DNA of 64,000 bases from an uncultured delta proteobacterium (GTDB taxonomy: Bacteria > Desulfobacterota > Desulfomonilia > UBA1062), in contig CAWAUM010000013.1 in assembly GCA_963785235.1 (NCBI GenBank), forward strand, positions 160,001 to 224,000. The letters are read 5' to 3'. Below are positions 40,637 through 51,792 of the stretch, in pieces. The position numbers were made by a program, and so were the translations under genes. Under the pieces are notes generated by a model. The model saw only the letters and a list, made by a program, of their open reading frames with translations. It did no database searches and was not told the DNA's origin. Within the stretch, counting starts at the first letter, position 1; each line of letters begins with the position of its first letter.

Positions 40637-41437
40637 TCACATCCCCAGCGACTTCAAAAGGCTGTCCACATCGTCCTGGCAAGAGGCAGCCCCCTTGTCC
40701 TGACCAGGTATCACGGGGCCATGGGTCTTTGTCCCGTCACGAGAGCCTGTCTTGCCCTTGGGGATGCCTGCATTGCGGGTATATCTCCTGATAAGGTCCA
40801 CAAGCCGCGCCTCCATGTTCTCAACGACCTTGCACACCTTCTTAACTATCTGGTCCACTAGGTCGGCATGGATCTGGAGTTCGCTGATCCTCATGAGCTC
40901 GTTCACCAGATCCTTATTGTGGTCTTTCAGGACTTTGAGTTTTTTCAGCGCCTCTTTCTTCTCGTCAGCCATGACGGATCTGGCAATGGCATCATAAACG
41001 GTATTGTCTGCCAGAGCCTTCTCCTGCCTGGCAAACAGCAGGTCAAGTGTCTTCTCCGAGGTGTCTTTTACCAGGGTCGAAACATGGGAGAGCTTGCTGG
41101 AAAGGCCCTGGACGTCTTCCTCCGTGATGTTCATCAGGATTGGTTCCAGGAACTGCTGGATGTCCTTGATGGATTCATGCAGGTCACGGGTGATCTCGCC
41201 GATGCCCCGGAAGAGATCATCAGTAGGGATGGTCTTGAGCTTCTTCATGAGATCGGCTGCACGGGCCAGGTCGGCATTCGTCAGGGACACGATGGCATCT
41301 TTCAAGGTGTCCAGAAAGACTACGAGCTGTTCAAATGGCTCATCCCCCTTTTCCTTAAAATAGGCCTTTAATGCATCAGCCTGCTTGAGAATGACTTCCA
41401 CATGATGGGTTTTGTCTGAAGATTTTTTTGTGCCCAT
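40637..41437 (-). CDS. CheZ-like protein phosphatase
   Basis: GEITRDLHES, QIHADLVDQIVKKV (DxxxQ), C-terminal QDDVDSLLKSLGM. Confidence 0.75.
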   Translation of the reverse strand: MGTKKSSDKTHHVEVILKQADALKAYFKEKGDEPFEQLVVFLDTLKDAIVSLTNADLARAADLMKKLKTIPTDDLFRGIGEITRDLHESIKDIQQFLEPILMNITEEDVQGLSSKLSHVSTLVKDTSEKTLDLLFARQEKALADNTVYDAIARSVMADEKKEALKKLKVLKDHNKDLVNELMRISELQIHADLVDQIVKKVCKVVENMEARLVDLIRRYTRNAGIPKGKTGSRDGTKTHGPVIPGQDKGAASCQDDVDSLLKSLGM

Positions 41438-41453
41438 GGGATCTCCTGCCCTT

Positions 41454-43544
41454 TCAATCTTTATCCGGTATAGTATTCAGATCCAGCATCCAGGGGGTTT
41501 CCTCGCTGTCAGAAGGTGCGCGGTAATCGCCCCTTGGTGATAATGAACCGCCCGAACCCACCTTGGGGGCGTTGGGGATGCACGAGCGTTTGTACTGAGA
41601 GATCTTGAAAAAGCGGTGGATAAAGACTTCGAGCCAGTGTTTGATTTCGGCAAGGGTGTACTGGTGCTGCTTGTCTAAGGGTATGTCGGGCCACCTCCCC
41701 TTTGTTGCATCGTGCCATGCACAATATGCAAGAAAGGCCACCTTGGATGGCAGATAGCCATAGCGGGTGATGTAGTATGTGTTGAAGTCCTGCAGCTCAT
41801 AAGGACCGATTGTAGCCTCGGTGCTCTGGGCCGGCTCACCGTTCGCTGTTCCTGGAATAAGCTCGGGGCTGATCTCGGTTTCCAGGATGCCTTCAAGACA
41901 GAGTGATGCCTTGTTCCCTAATATCTTTTCAGAGGCTACCCATCGGATTATATATTGAATGAGTGTCTTGGGTACACTCGCGTTTACGCTGTAGTGGGAC
42001 ATATGGTCACCTACACCATAGGTGCACCAGCCGAGTGCCAACTCGCTCAAGTCACCGGTGCCCACCACCAGGCCGTTATTCATGTTTGCAAGGCGGAAAA
42101 GGATGGAGGTCCGCTGACCTGCCTGAATGTTTTCAAAGGTAATATCGTAGAGCTCTTTCCCTTTTCCATAAGCGTGGCCAATATCCTTCATCATGGCCTT
42201 GCAGCTTGGGCGTATGTCGATTTCGGATGCCTGTACACCCAGTGCCTTCATGAGGGCATTGGCATTGGCATAGGTCTTCTCCGAGGTGGCAAAGCCGGGC
42301 ATGGTGAAGGCTTTGATGTTTTTGCGTGACAATCCCAGCATGTCCACAGTCCGGGCGCATACAATGAGGGCATGGGTTGAGTCGAGTCCGCCTGATACCC
42401 CGATGATGAGATTTTTGATCCCTGTGGACTTCATCCTTTTCGCCAGCCCCTGAACCTGGATGTTGTAAACCTCATAACAGCGCTTCTCCCTGAGCGAGGG
42501 GTCTGTCGGGACATACGGAAACCGGGGTATCTCGCGCATGGGCATGATCCTGCGGCGAGGCGCTGCAAGGGGGAACCTTATCTTTCTGAAAGTCTTCGTT
42601 CCCTGCCGGGCACCGGCATCAGTGAAGCTCGTCATGATCATACGGTCCTTGACCAGGCGGTCAAGATCGATATCCGCTGCAATAACCTGGGGGTCCCAGG
42701 AGAATCGTACGGATTCGCTCAAAAGGGCGCCGTTCTCATAGATGATGGCATGGCCGTCCCATGCAAGGTCCGTGGTTGATTCACCGGGGCCTGCGGCAGT
42801 GTAGAGGTATGCTGCTATACACCTTGCAGACTGGTTTGCGACAAGGTCACGGCGGTATTCATCCTTGCCCGTGGTTATGTTGGATGCCGAGAGATTGGCA
42901 ATAACCGTCGAGCCTGCCATGGCTGCATGGCTGGAAGGCGGGATGGGCGTCCAGAGGTCCTCGCAGATTTCCACAAACATGCGCAATCCAGCAATGCCAT
43001 CGGCCTCGAAGAGCAGATCGGCACCAATGGGAACATCCTTCTTTCCGCAAAGATCGATGGTGTCCACGCACAGGTCCCTGGCAGGTCTGAAATGGCGCAG
43101 CTCATAGAACTCCCTGTAATTCGGCAGATAACTCTTAACCGCAACACCTAAGATATCACCTTCACACATGATAACCGCACAGTTGAACAGGGCATCCATC
43201 ACTTTAAGCGGTGCACCTACAACAATGACCATGCCGAGTCCTGTGGTTGCCTTCCTGAGATCTTCAAGGGCGGAAATGACACTGTCCTGCAAGGCATCCT
43301 GAAAGAACAGATCCTCGCTGGTGTAGCCGGCCAGACTCAGCTCAGGGAACACCGCAATTACACAATGCTGTTCATGGGCCTTTCGGGCACAATCGAGGAT
43401 CTTCTGTACATTAAAGCCCGGGTCCGCCACTTTGATCTCGGGGATGCATGCAGCAGCGCGGATGAAGCCGTGCCGGTACAGGTTCAGAAACTCCTGTGCC
43501 TTGTTCGCACCCATTTTCTTCAGGGTTCTCTTAACTTTACCCAT
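41454..43544 (-). CDS. nadE: Glutamine-dependent NAD+ synthetase
   Basis: FPELSL, LPNYREFYE, EICEDLW, GVSGGLDST, FENIQAG, GDLSELALGW, LSPRGD; start uncertain. Confidence 0.94.
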   Translation of the reverse strand: MGKVKRTLKKMGANKAQEFLNLYRHGFIRAAACIPEIKVADPGFNVQKILDCARKAHEQHCVIAVFPELSLAGYTSEDLFFQDALQDSVISALEDLRKATTGLGMVIVVGAPLKVMDALFNCAVIMCEGDILGVAVKSYLPNYREFYELRHFRPARDLCVDTIDLCGKKDVPIGADLLFEADGIAGLRMFVEICEDLWTPIPPSSHAAMAGSTVIANLSASNITTGKDEYRRDLVANQSARCIAAYLYTAAGPGESTTDLAWDGHAIIYENGALLSESVRFSWDPQVIAADIDLDRLVKDRMIMTSFTDAGARQGTKTFRKIRFPLAAPRRRIMPMREIPRFPYVPTDPSLREKRCYEVYNIQVQGLAKRMKSTGIKNLIIGVSGGLDSTHALIVCARTVDMLGLSRKNIKAFTMPGFATSEKTYANANALMKALGVQASEIDIRPSCKAMMKDIGHAYGKGKELYDITFENIQAGQRTSILFRLANMNNGLVVGTGDLSELALGWCTYGVGDHMSHYSVNASVPKTLIQYIIRWVASEKILGNKASLCLEGILETEISPELIPGTANGEPAQSTEATIGPYELQDFNTYYITRYGYLPSKVAFLAYCAWHDATKGRWPDIPLDKQHQYTLAEIKHWLEVFIHRFFKISQYKRSCIPNAPKVGSGGSLSPRGDYRAPSDSEETPWMLDLNTIPDKD

Positions 43545-43631
43545 AGCCTGCATTATACATCGGAGATTCCAAACAGACAAATGAACATTTCATGCTTGAA
43601 TTAACACCATATCTTTTGTACTACCTGTTAC

Positions 43632-44011
43632 AGGTTGAAGGAGTGCAGGTAATCGCTGGCGCCTTCCAAGGCGCGAGAGGAAAGTCCGGGCTCCGCAGGG
43701 CAAGGGTGGTCGCTAACAACGACCGGGGGTGACCCCAGGGAAAGTGCAACAGAAAACAAACCGCTGCCCTTAAAAGGCAGTAAGGGTGAAACGGCGAGGT
43801 AAGAGCTCACCAGTTCCCCGGGTGACCGGGGAAGCTTGGCAAACCCCACCCGGAGCAAGGCCAATAGAGGGGCTTTCAAGGGCTGCCCGTCCTGCCCCTG
43901 GGTAGGTCGCTTGAGGTAGCAGGCAACTGTTATCCTAGATGAATGATTACCACCCGGATCACGGCAACGTGGCCCGGGCTACAAAACCCGGCTTACGCAC
44001 TGCTTCAGCCT
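43632..44011 (+). ncRNA. rnpB: RNase P RNA (type A)
   Basis: GAGGAAAGTCCGGGCTCC, AGTGCAACAGAAA, GGGTGAAACGGCGAGGTAAGAGC, TAGATGAATGATTAC, ACAAAACCCGGCTTA; the 5' and 3' ends pair (P1). Confidence 0.97.
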
Positions 44012-44040
44012 TTTTGATCATGGGTGCATTGGATCATGTA

Positions 44041-45105
44041 ATGGATAAGAAAGCACGCTTTGAACTAGGCCACATGGAAAAGATACGGAGGTCAATCTAC
44101 GTCTTTCTCAGGGACCAGCTTGAAAGAAGGCTCATCTCCATTGCCCTGGAGACACCGTATCGCCTCTGCCGTGTTAAAGACATGCCCTATCCCTATGTGG
44201 AAGCCGGTGACCTGAAACCCAAGAAGAAAGAGTTCATGAAGGATTCCTTCGTATCCGAGCCTTTTATCATCATCTTCTGCGAGGACAGTATTGATGAGGT
44301 GCATCAGAAGTACATCCGTTTTTCGGAATCCAACAGGGTAAGGAAGGACAACCTCTCGCTCATCTCGGGAATAAAACTGCAGCGCTCCTTCTACTCAACC
44401 GCCCGTTTCTTCGAGCGGGACTCGTTCTTCGACCTTTTAGAACAGCTTCTGGATATGGACTACTGCTTCCTCATCCAGCGCGACAACCGCTATAAAAAAC
44501 AGGACCGCTACTGTCTTACCCACTTCCACGTAAAGATCGACTGGCCCATTGCAGATGCAGCGGAAAGTCTTGCAAAGGAGCTCCGCTACATCTCAAAAAA
44601 CCTCTACGAAAAGGGCGACCGGTACGCAGAGATCCTGCAGCAGAAGCTCTTTGAATATTACGGCTGCCACCACCAGGCAACAGGCGGAAGGCGCTCGGCA
44701 GCGCTGATTGCGGCCCAATACTTAAAGAACGTGCCCTACCTCTCCACGGTTTATGTATCAAGCGCCGAGACCAAGACACTCACCAGCTACTCGGAAAGGG
44801 GCACCTGCCGATACGCAATTGTTCAGTTCGATAAACAATTCGCCAAGACGGTTATCGAGTGCCACGGGCTGACCGAATCGAGCTTCCGCCAGGGTTATGT
44901 CATAGGAGAGGCGGAGAATACCTTTGATGTCATGCTCTTTGTTAACTATGAACATACGGAATGGGGTAACCCGCCCTTGGACGGAAAGCTGAGGATACTT
45001 AAGCCCGACTATGCCTGGCTTGCAGTGGAAACCGAAATGGTGCTGCCCAAAACGGATGCCATAAATTACAGGCCTCTCCAGGTGAAATGGGTGTACAAAG
45101 GCTGA
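44041..45105 (+). CDS. Hypothetical protein (about 354 aa)
   Basis: Long ORF with host-like codon usage between rnpB and folD. The ORF-track start at 43939 lies inside rnpB, so ATG 44041 (or 44020) is preferred. Confidence 0.8.
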   Translation: MDKKARFELGHMEKIRRSIYVFLRDQLERRLISIALETPYRLCRVKDMPYPYVEAGDLKPKKKEFMKDSFVSEPFIIIFCEDSIDEVHQKYIRFSESNRVRKDNLSLISGIKLQRSFYSTARFFERDSFFDLLEQLLDMDYCFLIQRDNRYKKQDRYCLTHFHVKIDWPIADAAESLAKELRYISKNLYEKGDRYAEILQQKLFEYYGCHHQATGGRRSAALIAAQYLKNVPYLSTVYVSSAETKTLTSYSERGTCRYAIVQFDKQFAKTVIECHGLTESSFRQGYVIGEAENTFDVMLFVNYEHTEWGNPPLDGKLRILKPDYAWLAVETEMVLPKTDAINYRPLQVKWVYKG

Positions 45106-45124
45106 CATGATTTCAGGAGGACAT

Positions 45125-45976
45125 TTGAAGGCAACCATCATAGACGGCAACGAGCTTTCCAAGAAGAAACGCTTGTGCATTGCCCAGGAAACCCAAGAAT
45201 TCACCAGGAAGCACGGAAGGGCCCCGGGGCTTGCCGTGGTGCTGGTGGGGGAAGACCCTGCATCGGCCATTTACGTGAGGAACAAGAAAAAGGCCTGCGA
45301 AACGGCGGGAATCCGTTCTTTTGATTACCAGCTCGATGCAGCGGCAGAAAGAGAAGATCTGCTGGCCCTGGTCCATAAGCTCAATACCGATCCCGAGGTG
45401 GACGGCATACTGGTGCAGCTCCCCCTTCCCTCACATCTGGATGCCCAGGAGGTTCTGCTCACCATTGACCCGGGCAAGGATGTGGACGGGTTCCACCCCT
45501 ACAACATGGGCAGGCTGCTCACCGGCGAGCCCACTCTCGTTCCCTGCACCCCTGGCGGTATCATGTACATGCTGAGCGAACACGGTGTTACACTTAAGGG
45601 CAAGGATGCAGTGGTAGTGGGCCGCAGCAACATCGTGGGAAAGCCCATGGCTCTGCTGCTCATGATGGAACACGCCACCGTCACCATCTGCCACTCGCGC
45701 ACCGTGAATCTGGATAAGAAGGTCAAGGCTGCGGATGTTGTTGTTGCAGCCATCGGCAAGGCTGAAATGATCAGGGGCGAATGGATCAAAGACGGGGCCG
45801 TGGTGATCGATGTGGGCATGAACAGGACTGATTCAGGATTAAAGGGCGACGTGCAGTTTGAGGAGGCATCCATGCATGCATCCCTCATAACACCCGTACC
45901 CGGAGGTGTGGGGCCGATGACCATCACCATGCTGCTGGACAACACGTTGCGTGCTGCAAAAAGTCATGTATCCTGA
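45125..45976 (+). CDS. folD: Methylenetetrahydrofolate dehydrogenase/cyclohydrolase
   Basis: [47 protein letters not shown]; GGAGG before TTG 45125. Confidence 0.96.
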   Translation: MKATIIDGNELSKKKRLCIAQETQEFTRKHGRAPGLAVVLVGEDPASAIYVRNKKKACETAGIRSFDYQLDAAAEREDLLALVHKLNTDPEVDGILVQLPLPSHLDAQEVLLTIDPGKDVDGFHPYNMGRLLTGEPTLVPCTPGGIMYMLSEHGVTLKGKDAVVVGRSNIVGKPMALLLMMEHATVTICHSRTVNLDKKVKAADVVVAAIGKAEMIRGEWIKDGAVVIDVGMNRTDSGLKGDVQFEEASMHASLITPVPGGVGPMTITMLLDNTLRAAKSHVS

Positions 45977-46066
45977 GCTAATTGCATACGTCCGAAATTG
46001 TCATTCCCGCGGAAGCTTCGAATCCAGTCAAGCCAGTACACATATAAACCTCCCAAGGAGGGGAAC

Positions 46067-46966
46067 ATGATGAAAAAATCATTCCTTGTCTTCATTTCTC
46101 TCATTTTTGCCATAACTTTATACGCTGAAGAATTAAAACCCATACAGCTCCTTGCACCACAGCTTGATAAAGGAAAAACCTTGATGCAGGCCTTGGTGGA
46201 GAGAAAATCTTCACGATCCTTCAGCGCGAACAAATTGCCTGACAGGATACTTTCAAATATGCTCTGGGCCGCCTGCGGAATAAACAGGTCCGGGTCAGGG
46301 CATCGAACTTCACCATCGGCCATGAACTGGCAGGAAATAGATATCTATGTGGCATCATCTGAAGGGCTTTTTCTCTATGCTCCAAAAGAGCACTCCCTAA
46401 AACCTGTCCTGAACCGGGATATCAGATCCTTAACCGGAAAACAGCCATTTGTCAGCGAAGCACCCCTTGACCTCATATACGTAGCGGATCATTCAAAGAT
46501 GGGTGGTGCAAACGCCGAGGAAAGAATTTTTTACTCAGCAGCTGATGCGGGTTTCATCAGTGAAAATGTCTATCTTTATTGTGCATCCGAAGGCCTAGCA
46601 ACGGTCGTAAGGGGGCTCATCGACAGGGAACTCCTTGCCGATGCCATGAAACTCCGCACCAATCAAAAGATCATCCTGGCACAAACCGTTGGATACCCGG
46701 CAGGAACAAAAGCCGACACAGGCCCGGGGGTGTTTAACCTCAACAAGGCTACCTACGATCAGCTTAAGATGTGCCCATTTTTAGGTGAGACTCTTGCCAG
46801 AAAAATAATTGACTATCGATTCGCCCACGGCCCCTTCGACACCATCAACGACCTCTTCAGGGTGAGGGGAGTAACCTGGGAGCTGATCGATAAACTAAAG
46901 CCATACCTTGTCCTGGAAGGCAACACGACCTTTGACTTAACAAGCCTTAGAAATACCGGGAGCTGA
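46067..46966 (+). CDS. Exported SagB/nitroreductase family protein fused to a ComEA-type helix-hairpin-helix domain
   Basis: Signal peptide; RKSSRSF, LWAACGIN, RTSPSA, DAGFISENVYL, AQTVGYP; then in frame FNLNKATYDQLKMCPFLGETLARKIIDYRFAHGPF...RVRGV. Confidence 0.85.
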   Translation: MMKKSFLVFISLIFAITLYAEELKPIQLLAPQLDKGKTLMQALVERKSSRSFSANKLPDRILSNMLWAACGINRSGSGHRTSPSAMNWQEIDIYVASSEGLFLYAPKEHSLKPVLNRDIRSLTGKQPFVSEAPLDLIYVADHSKMGGANAEERIFYSAADAGFISENVYLYCASEGLATVVRGLIDRELLADAMKLRTNQKIILAQTVGYPAGTKADTGPGVFNLNKATYDQLKMCPFLGETLARKIIDYRFAHGPFDTINDLFRVRGVTWELIDKLKPYLVLEGNTTFDLTSLRNTGS

Positions 46967-46995
46967 ATTCAGTACATTCAATTGTACATTACGGA

Positions 46996-47038
46996 AATAC
47001 AAAAGCCCTACCTGGAGTGCAGGTAGGGCTTTTGTATT
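46996..47038. terminator. Bidirectional intrinsic terminator
   Basis: AATACAAAAGCCCTACCTG-GAGTG-CAGGTAGGGCTTTTGTATT, 19-bp arms between convergent genes. Confidence 0.85.
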
Positions 47039-47057
47039 CAAATGAGAGAACAGCCTA

Positions 47058-49710
47058 TCAGTCGAACAGAGGGAATGGCCTCGGTTCAAACGGATCGAAT
47101 ACCGGTGTCATGCTGAAGAAGTTGGGATCAAACACCGGACTCGGAGGGAAGCCGAGTATATTGCCGGACTCACCCAGCGGGAACATGCTCTCGATCCGGA
47201 TCGGTCCAGAATGACCCAATTCAACGCAGTGCGCATAGGTAGAGCGTGAAGAGAACGGCATTGCATGAAGCACGCCGAGCAGATCGTGCCTGTAGGTAAT
47301 CACATCGCGCTTACCGCTGCCCCATGGCTGATTACCAAGCCTTGCAAGCACGTTATCGAGTGCCTTGACAATAATATCATCAGCGGTCTGGGGCGCTGCC
47401 GGGTCCGAAGCGTTCTTAAACCAGTTGTAGTTATTGACGATAGAGCTGCCAGGCAGGCCATGGAGGAAGACATTGAACAAGCGGTACATACCCACTGTAT
47501 TTATGAGAGAGGATCCCAGCTCATCTGCAAAGGTGAGCGTGATCGCCTCACGGATCCAGGCATCCTGGAGCATCCATGCATCGGCGCGGTCAGTCCCCTG
47601 TGCCCATTCGGACGGCCCTCCTTCGACAAAATGGCCGTCCCATGCCGATAGGAGGTTAAGCGCTGCCTGCTGTTCACCTGTCGGCCCGGAACTGGTAACG
47701 GCATTGATGAACTCATCCGCCACAAAATCCCACGGAACACCGCCGCCGCCGAATGAATCGGTTGTGGCGATATTCAGGGCCAGATCCCGCACTTCTTCGT
47801 AGGTGAGATTGTCATTTTTAGACAGATAGTCATCGACTACATGTGCCCGGTGGAACGGACCGAAGAAATAAGACGAGGGGTTGTTGTAGGAGTCGGCGTA
47901 GGTGGCATTGCTCTTGTTGTTCCACCCGCAGTAATACCCCCTGGCTATGTTGCGGTCCGTTGAACGGGGGATAAGCACTGCGGCATCCCATTCCAGCGGG
48001 GTCTCCTGCAGCACCCTGGGGCAACCGCCATTCACCGGCCGGCCTCACCGGGTCGCGGCCTGACATCCAGTAGGCAATATTTCCATCCTTGTCTGCGTAG
48101 CAGAAGTGCTGGCTCACCGCTACACCTTCAATGCCCTTTCCGAAGTCATCCATGCTCTTGGCACGTGCAAGCGCAAGGATCGCACCGACTGACTGGAACT
48201 CATACCCCCAGTGGGCATATTTCCAGGAAATGAGAGGGGTCTGGTTGATAATCGGCCCGCGGGCGCTACGAACTACCGGCAACTGAACATCAGCCTCGCC
48301 TCTGACATGGATAATCTCCATGCGCGCAGGGAGGAGGTTGCCAGGGGACTCAAGGTAATAATCCACGGTGTGGGCGTGCCCTACCTGCATGGACCACGCA
48401 TGATGGGGCGTCCGCCCGATGATGATGCCGGGAATACCGGGAACCGACATGCCCGAGATATTTACCCCCCCGCCCCTGATGGAGCCCTCGATGGTGATGG
48501 AAGGTACAGAGAATCCCATCTGCGGACCGGAGTAGATGATCGGCTTATGATGAGCTGTTTTGTTTCCGGAGACGACCCATGCATAGCTCCCCATCTTCAC
48601 GAACGCGTTGATCTTCTTCAGGTTCTCCATGGCATTATTCATCCGCCCGGTTATCTCTTCCGCAGCCGTTTCGAAATCGGCAGTGATAACGGGTGCCGGG
48701 GCTGCCGCCTCCGGAGCAGCTATCTCCGGGGCCGCCTTCATCATCGCCATTGGTGCAGCCGAAGGGATATAGGTGAGTGCCTCCGGATCGTTTACCCATC
48801 TGAGGTCATTAAACTTTGCCATTCCGAGCTGCTGGTACAACACAAGGTTATCTATCTGGCCGGTCTTAAAGGCCTCGCAGTCGAACTGTCTCAGCAACAA
48901 AGCCATCCATGCCAGGACATCGGCCTCATCCCAGTATGCCGGAGTGAAGCCCAGCACTAAGAATTCGAAAGGCAAAAGGGTCGGGTTTGCCTTGATCTCA
49001 TCGATCCGTTTGTTTATGCCTTCCACATATGACTCGACAATGATCTGTTCCTCCCGGCTGAGGGCATCGAATCCATCGAACAGCTCCTGATCACTATAGC
49101 CGAAGGTCCGCATGAGGATATCCGTAGACAGCTGCGGCGATCCAAAAACCTCGGCAAGCCTGCCCCTGGCGGAACGTCGGTATGTCTCCATCTGCCACAG
49201 TCTGTCAGTGGCTACTGCATACCCCATTGACTCCATTACATCACCAAGCGAGCCCCCGCTGATGAACCATACGCCTTTTCCATCCCGAACAGTCTTGACC
49301 GGCCTGTACTCAACCTTGAATCCACGGACATCCAAATCCTTTTTGTTCCCGCTTCCATTGATGCTCGTAACAAGCAGATTGAGCTTGGACCATGATGAGT
49401 TCTGCCCGATAATATGGCAATTCAGTCCATCTTCGGGGGTCACATAAGCATGGACACCTCCGGGGACAGGTGTGAAACGGTCAGTGATTTCATACCCGTT
49501 GAGCCAGGCTTCAAAGGTGTTAGTCAGGGCACCCCCCTGGAATGATACAACGATCTCCACAGGATGGTAATCGAGGTTCTGCATGGTCTTGGGTGCTTCA
49601 ATGCGCGCAAGATCGGCCCATATCCAATGCCAGTAGGACAGAACGGGAAGTGCAGAGAGCACCCCGCATACAACAAGCGCAGCACAGACAAAACGCGATT
49701 TTTTCCCCAT
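47058..49710 (-). CDS. Penicillin acylase family Ntn-hydrolase (frameshift near 48015)
   Basis: GYAVATDRLWQMET.RR.ARGRLAEVFG, MGSYAWVVSG, PGIPGIIIGR, YADKDGNIAY, WNNK, PLGESG. Confidence 0.85.
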
Positions 49711-50296
49711 AAATACCTCCTTAGACTTCTATTGAGTTTTGCGGTAAGCCAATCAGCAAAACCCTTCAGCGAAGGTTTCGGTGCTTCAACTCAGGAAGAC
49801 AGACAGCAGAAAAGGCTCCCCTGCCACGATCCGGTACCCCCTCTATATTCTAACAAACCGGAATCGTGACAGGGATAATCGGGTGTCAATGATATCATTC
49901 GGTTTATAGAACCGCATGATAACCCCCATGCAACAATTTTTTAGCAAATTCAAAAGCGCACCCCTCTTTTCAAAGAAATGGGGATAGTCCTCCAAGCAAA
50001 ATCATCTAAGATGTGCGGACGGTGGTCTTCGTGATGTATTATCAGCAGTCAACAGATTGGCTTACCAGATTTTGTTATGCAAAAATCATGCTGATAATAC
50101 CTGCAAAGAAATGATTATGTTACGATTTTCGTAGAGGAATATCATAAGAAAAATGGAAATTATCATTCTTGAATGTGGAAGAAGTTTTCCATTAATCATT
50201 TGATATGGTACACCCACCTGTTGCATGTCTTGTCCGTGCGTGCTAAAGATGAGGCATTCACCGGTTTTCTTTGATGATATGAATGAAGAGGTTTCC

Positions 50297-51377
50297 ATGA
50301 AGACCCCGCTCCATCATGAGCACGAAACACTGAACGCCAAGATGGTGGATTTCCATGGCTGGGACAATGCCTGTCTGGTATACCGGCATCAAGGAAGAGC
50401 ACATGGCCACCAGGAGGCATGCGGGTCTGTTCGATGTGAGCCACATGGGCGAGATCGAGGTGAAAGGGGACATGGCCGTACGTTATCTTGACCACCTCCT
50501 CACCAGGGACATCGCTTCCATGGATCAGGGACAGGCCCTGTACACCTTCCTCCTGAACGATGGGGGCGGAATCGTAGACGACCTGTTCATCTACTGCATG
50601 GAGCCCGGAAAGCGCTACCTGCTCTGCGTCAATTCCGCGAACAAGGATAAGGATTATGGCTGGATGCTCAAGCAGAACACATGCGGGGCCGTTATTGAAG
50701 ATCTGAGCGAGAGCTACGCCATGATTGCACTGCAGGGCCCGGCCTCTGGCCAGATCCTCAAGACCTGCCTTTCATTCAACCTTGAGGGACTGCCTTTCCA
50801 TACCTTTGCCACTCTCGAAACAAAGGCCTATAACACGCTGACTATCTCACATACCGGATATACCGGAGCAGGCGGGGTGGAGATCTTCCTTTCTCCTGAA
50901 AAAGTCACTGACCTCTGGCATTCGTTCATCATCGCGGGCGCTGTCCCATGCGGGCTGGGCGCACGTGACACACTGAGGCTAGAAATGGGCTATCCCCTTC
51001 ACGGCAACGACCTCACCGAGTCCACTACCCCGCTGGAGGCGGGACTGGGCTTTGCCGTGGATCTGAAGAAGTCGGATTTCATAGGCAGGCAGGCACTTGT
51101 GGATCAGCAGCAAAAGGGCTTCACAAGACGTCTTACCGGCCTTATTATGCTGGATAGAGGCATTGCGCGCGAGGGCTGCAGGTGCATGAAGGACGGCAAT
51201 GAGATGGGCATTGTCACATCAGGGAGCATCTCGCCGGTATCAGGGTCGGGAATAGCCCTTGGCTATATAGACAAGTCCGTCAAAGAGGGCGATGATGTGT
51301 TCATCGAGGTGAGGGGCAAAAACCTTAAGGCGCGGGTGAAGAAGCCTCCCTTTGTGAGCGGGGTTCTCAAGGCATGA
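50297..51377 (+). CDS. gcvT: Glycine cleavage aminomethyltransferase T (frameshift near 50362)
   Basis: MKTPLH...MVDFHGW, GLFDVSHMGE, ALQGP, TGYTG, GLGARDTLRLEMG. Confidence 0.93.
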
Positions 51378-51402
51378 AATTATATTTTTGTGAGGACACA
51401 AG

Positions 51403-51792
51403 ATGATCATTCCGGATGGTTTGCATTATACAAAAGAACATGAATGGGCAAAGACCGAAGACGGCTCGGTGCGCATGGGTATCACGGACTATGCCCAGCA
51501 TGAGCTTGGGGACATTGTGTTTGTCGACCTCAAGCCGGCAGGCAGCAAGGTTAAGAAGGGCGATTCCATCGGCACTGTGGAATCGGTAAAGGCGGTTTCC
51601 GAGGTCTACTCTCCGGTGTCAGGAACAGTAACCGAGGCGAACACCGAACTGGAGACGAGCCCCGAACTCGTCAACCAGGACTGCTACGGAAAGGGATGGA
51701 TGGTCGTCATTGCCACCCCTGATGCAGGCGAACTTGGCAGCCTCATGGATACGAAAGCCTACCGGGACTATCTCGCAAAAGAAGCCAAGTAA
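51403..51792 (+). CDS. gcvH: Glycine cleavage protein H
   Basis: YTKEHEW, GITDYAQ, lipoyl site VESVKAVS. Confidence 0.96.
   Translation: MIIPDGLHYTKEHEWAKTEDGSVRMGITDYAQHELGDIVFVDLKPAGSKVKKGDSIGTVESVKAVSEVYSPVSGTVTEANTELETSPELVNQDCYGKGWMVVIATPDAGELGSLMDTKAYRDYLAKEAK

Noticed and set aside
43628-43879. 83-aa minus-strand ORF, and the 43939 start of the next ORF
   Set aside because: Both overlap rnpB; typical spurious calls.
50048-50080. Integron attC site (AAC...GTTATGC)
   Set aside because: Too short, imperfect R boxes, and no cassette array or integrase.
49960-50296. Glycine riboswitch upstream of gcvT
   Set aside because: No GGAGA...CCGAAG...CTCAGG aptamer pattern recognised.
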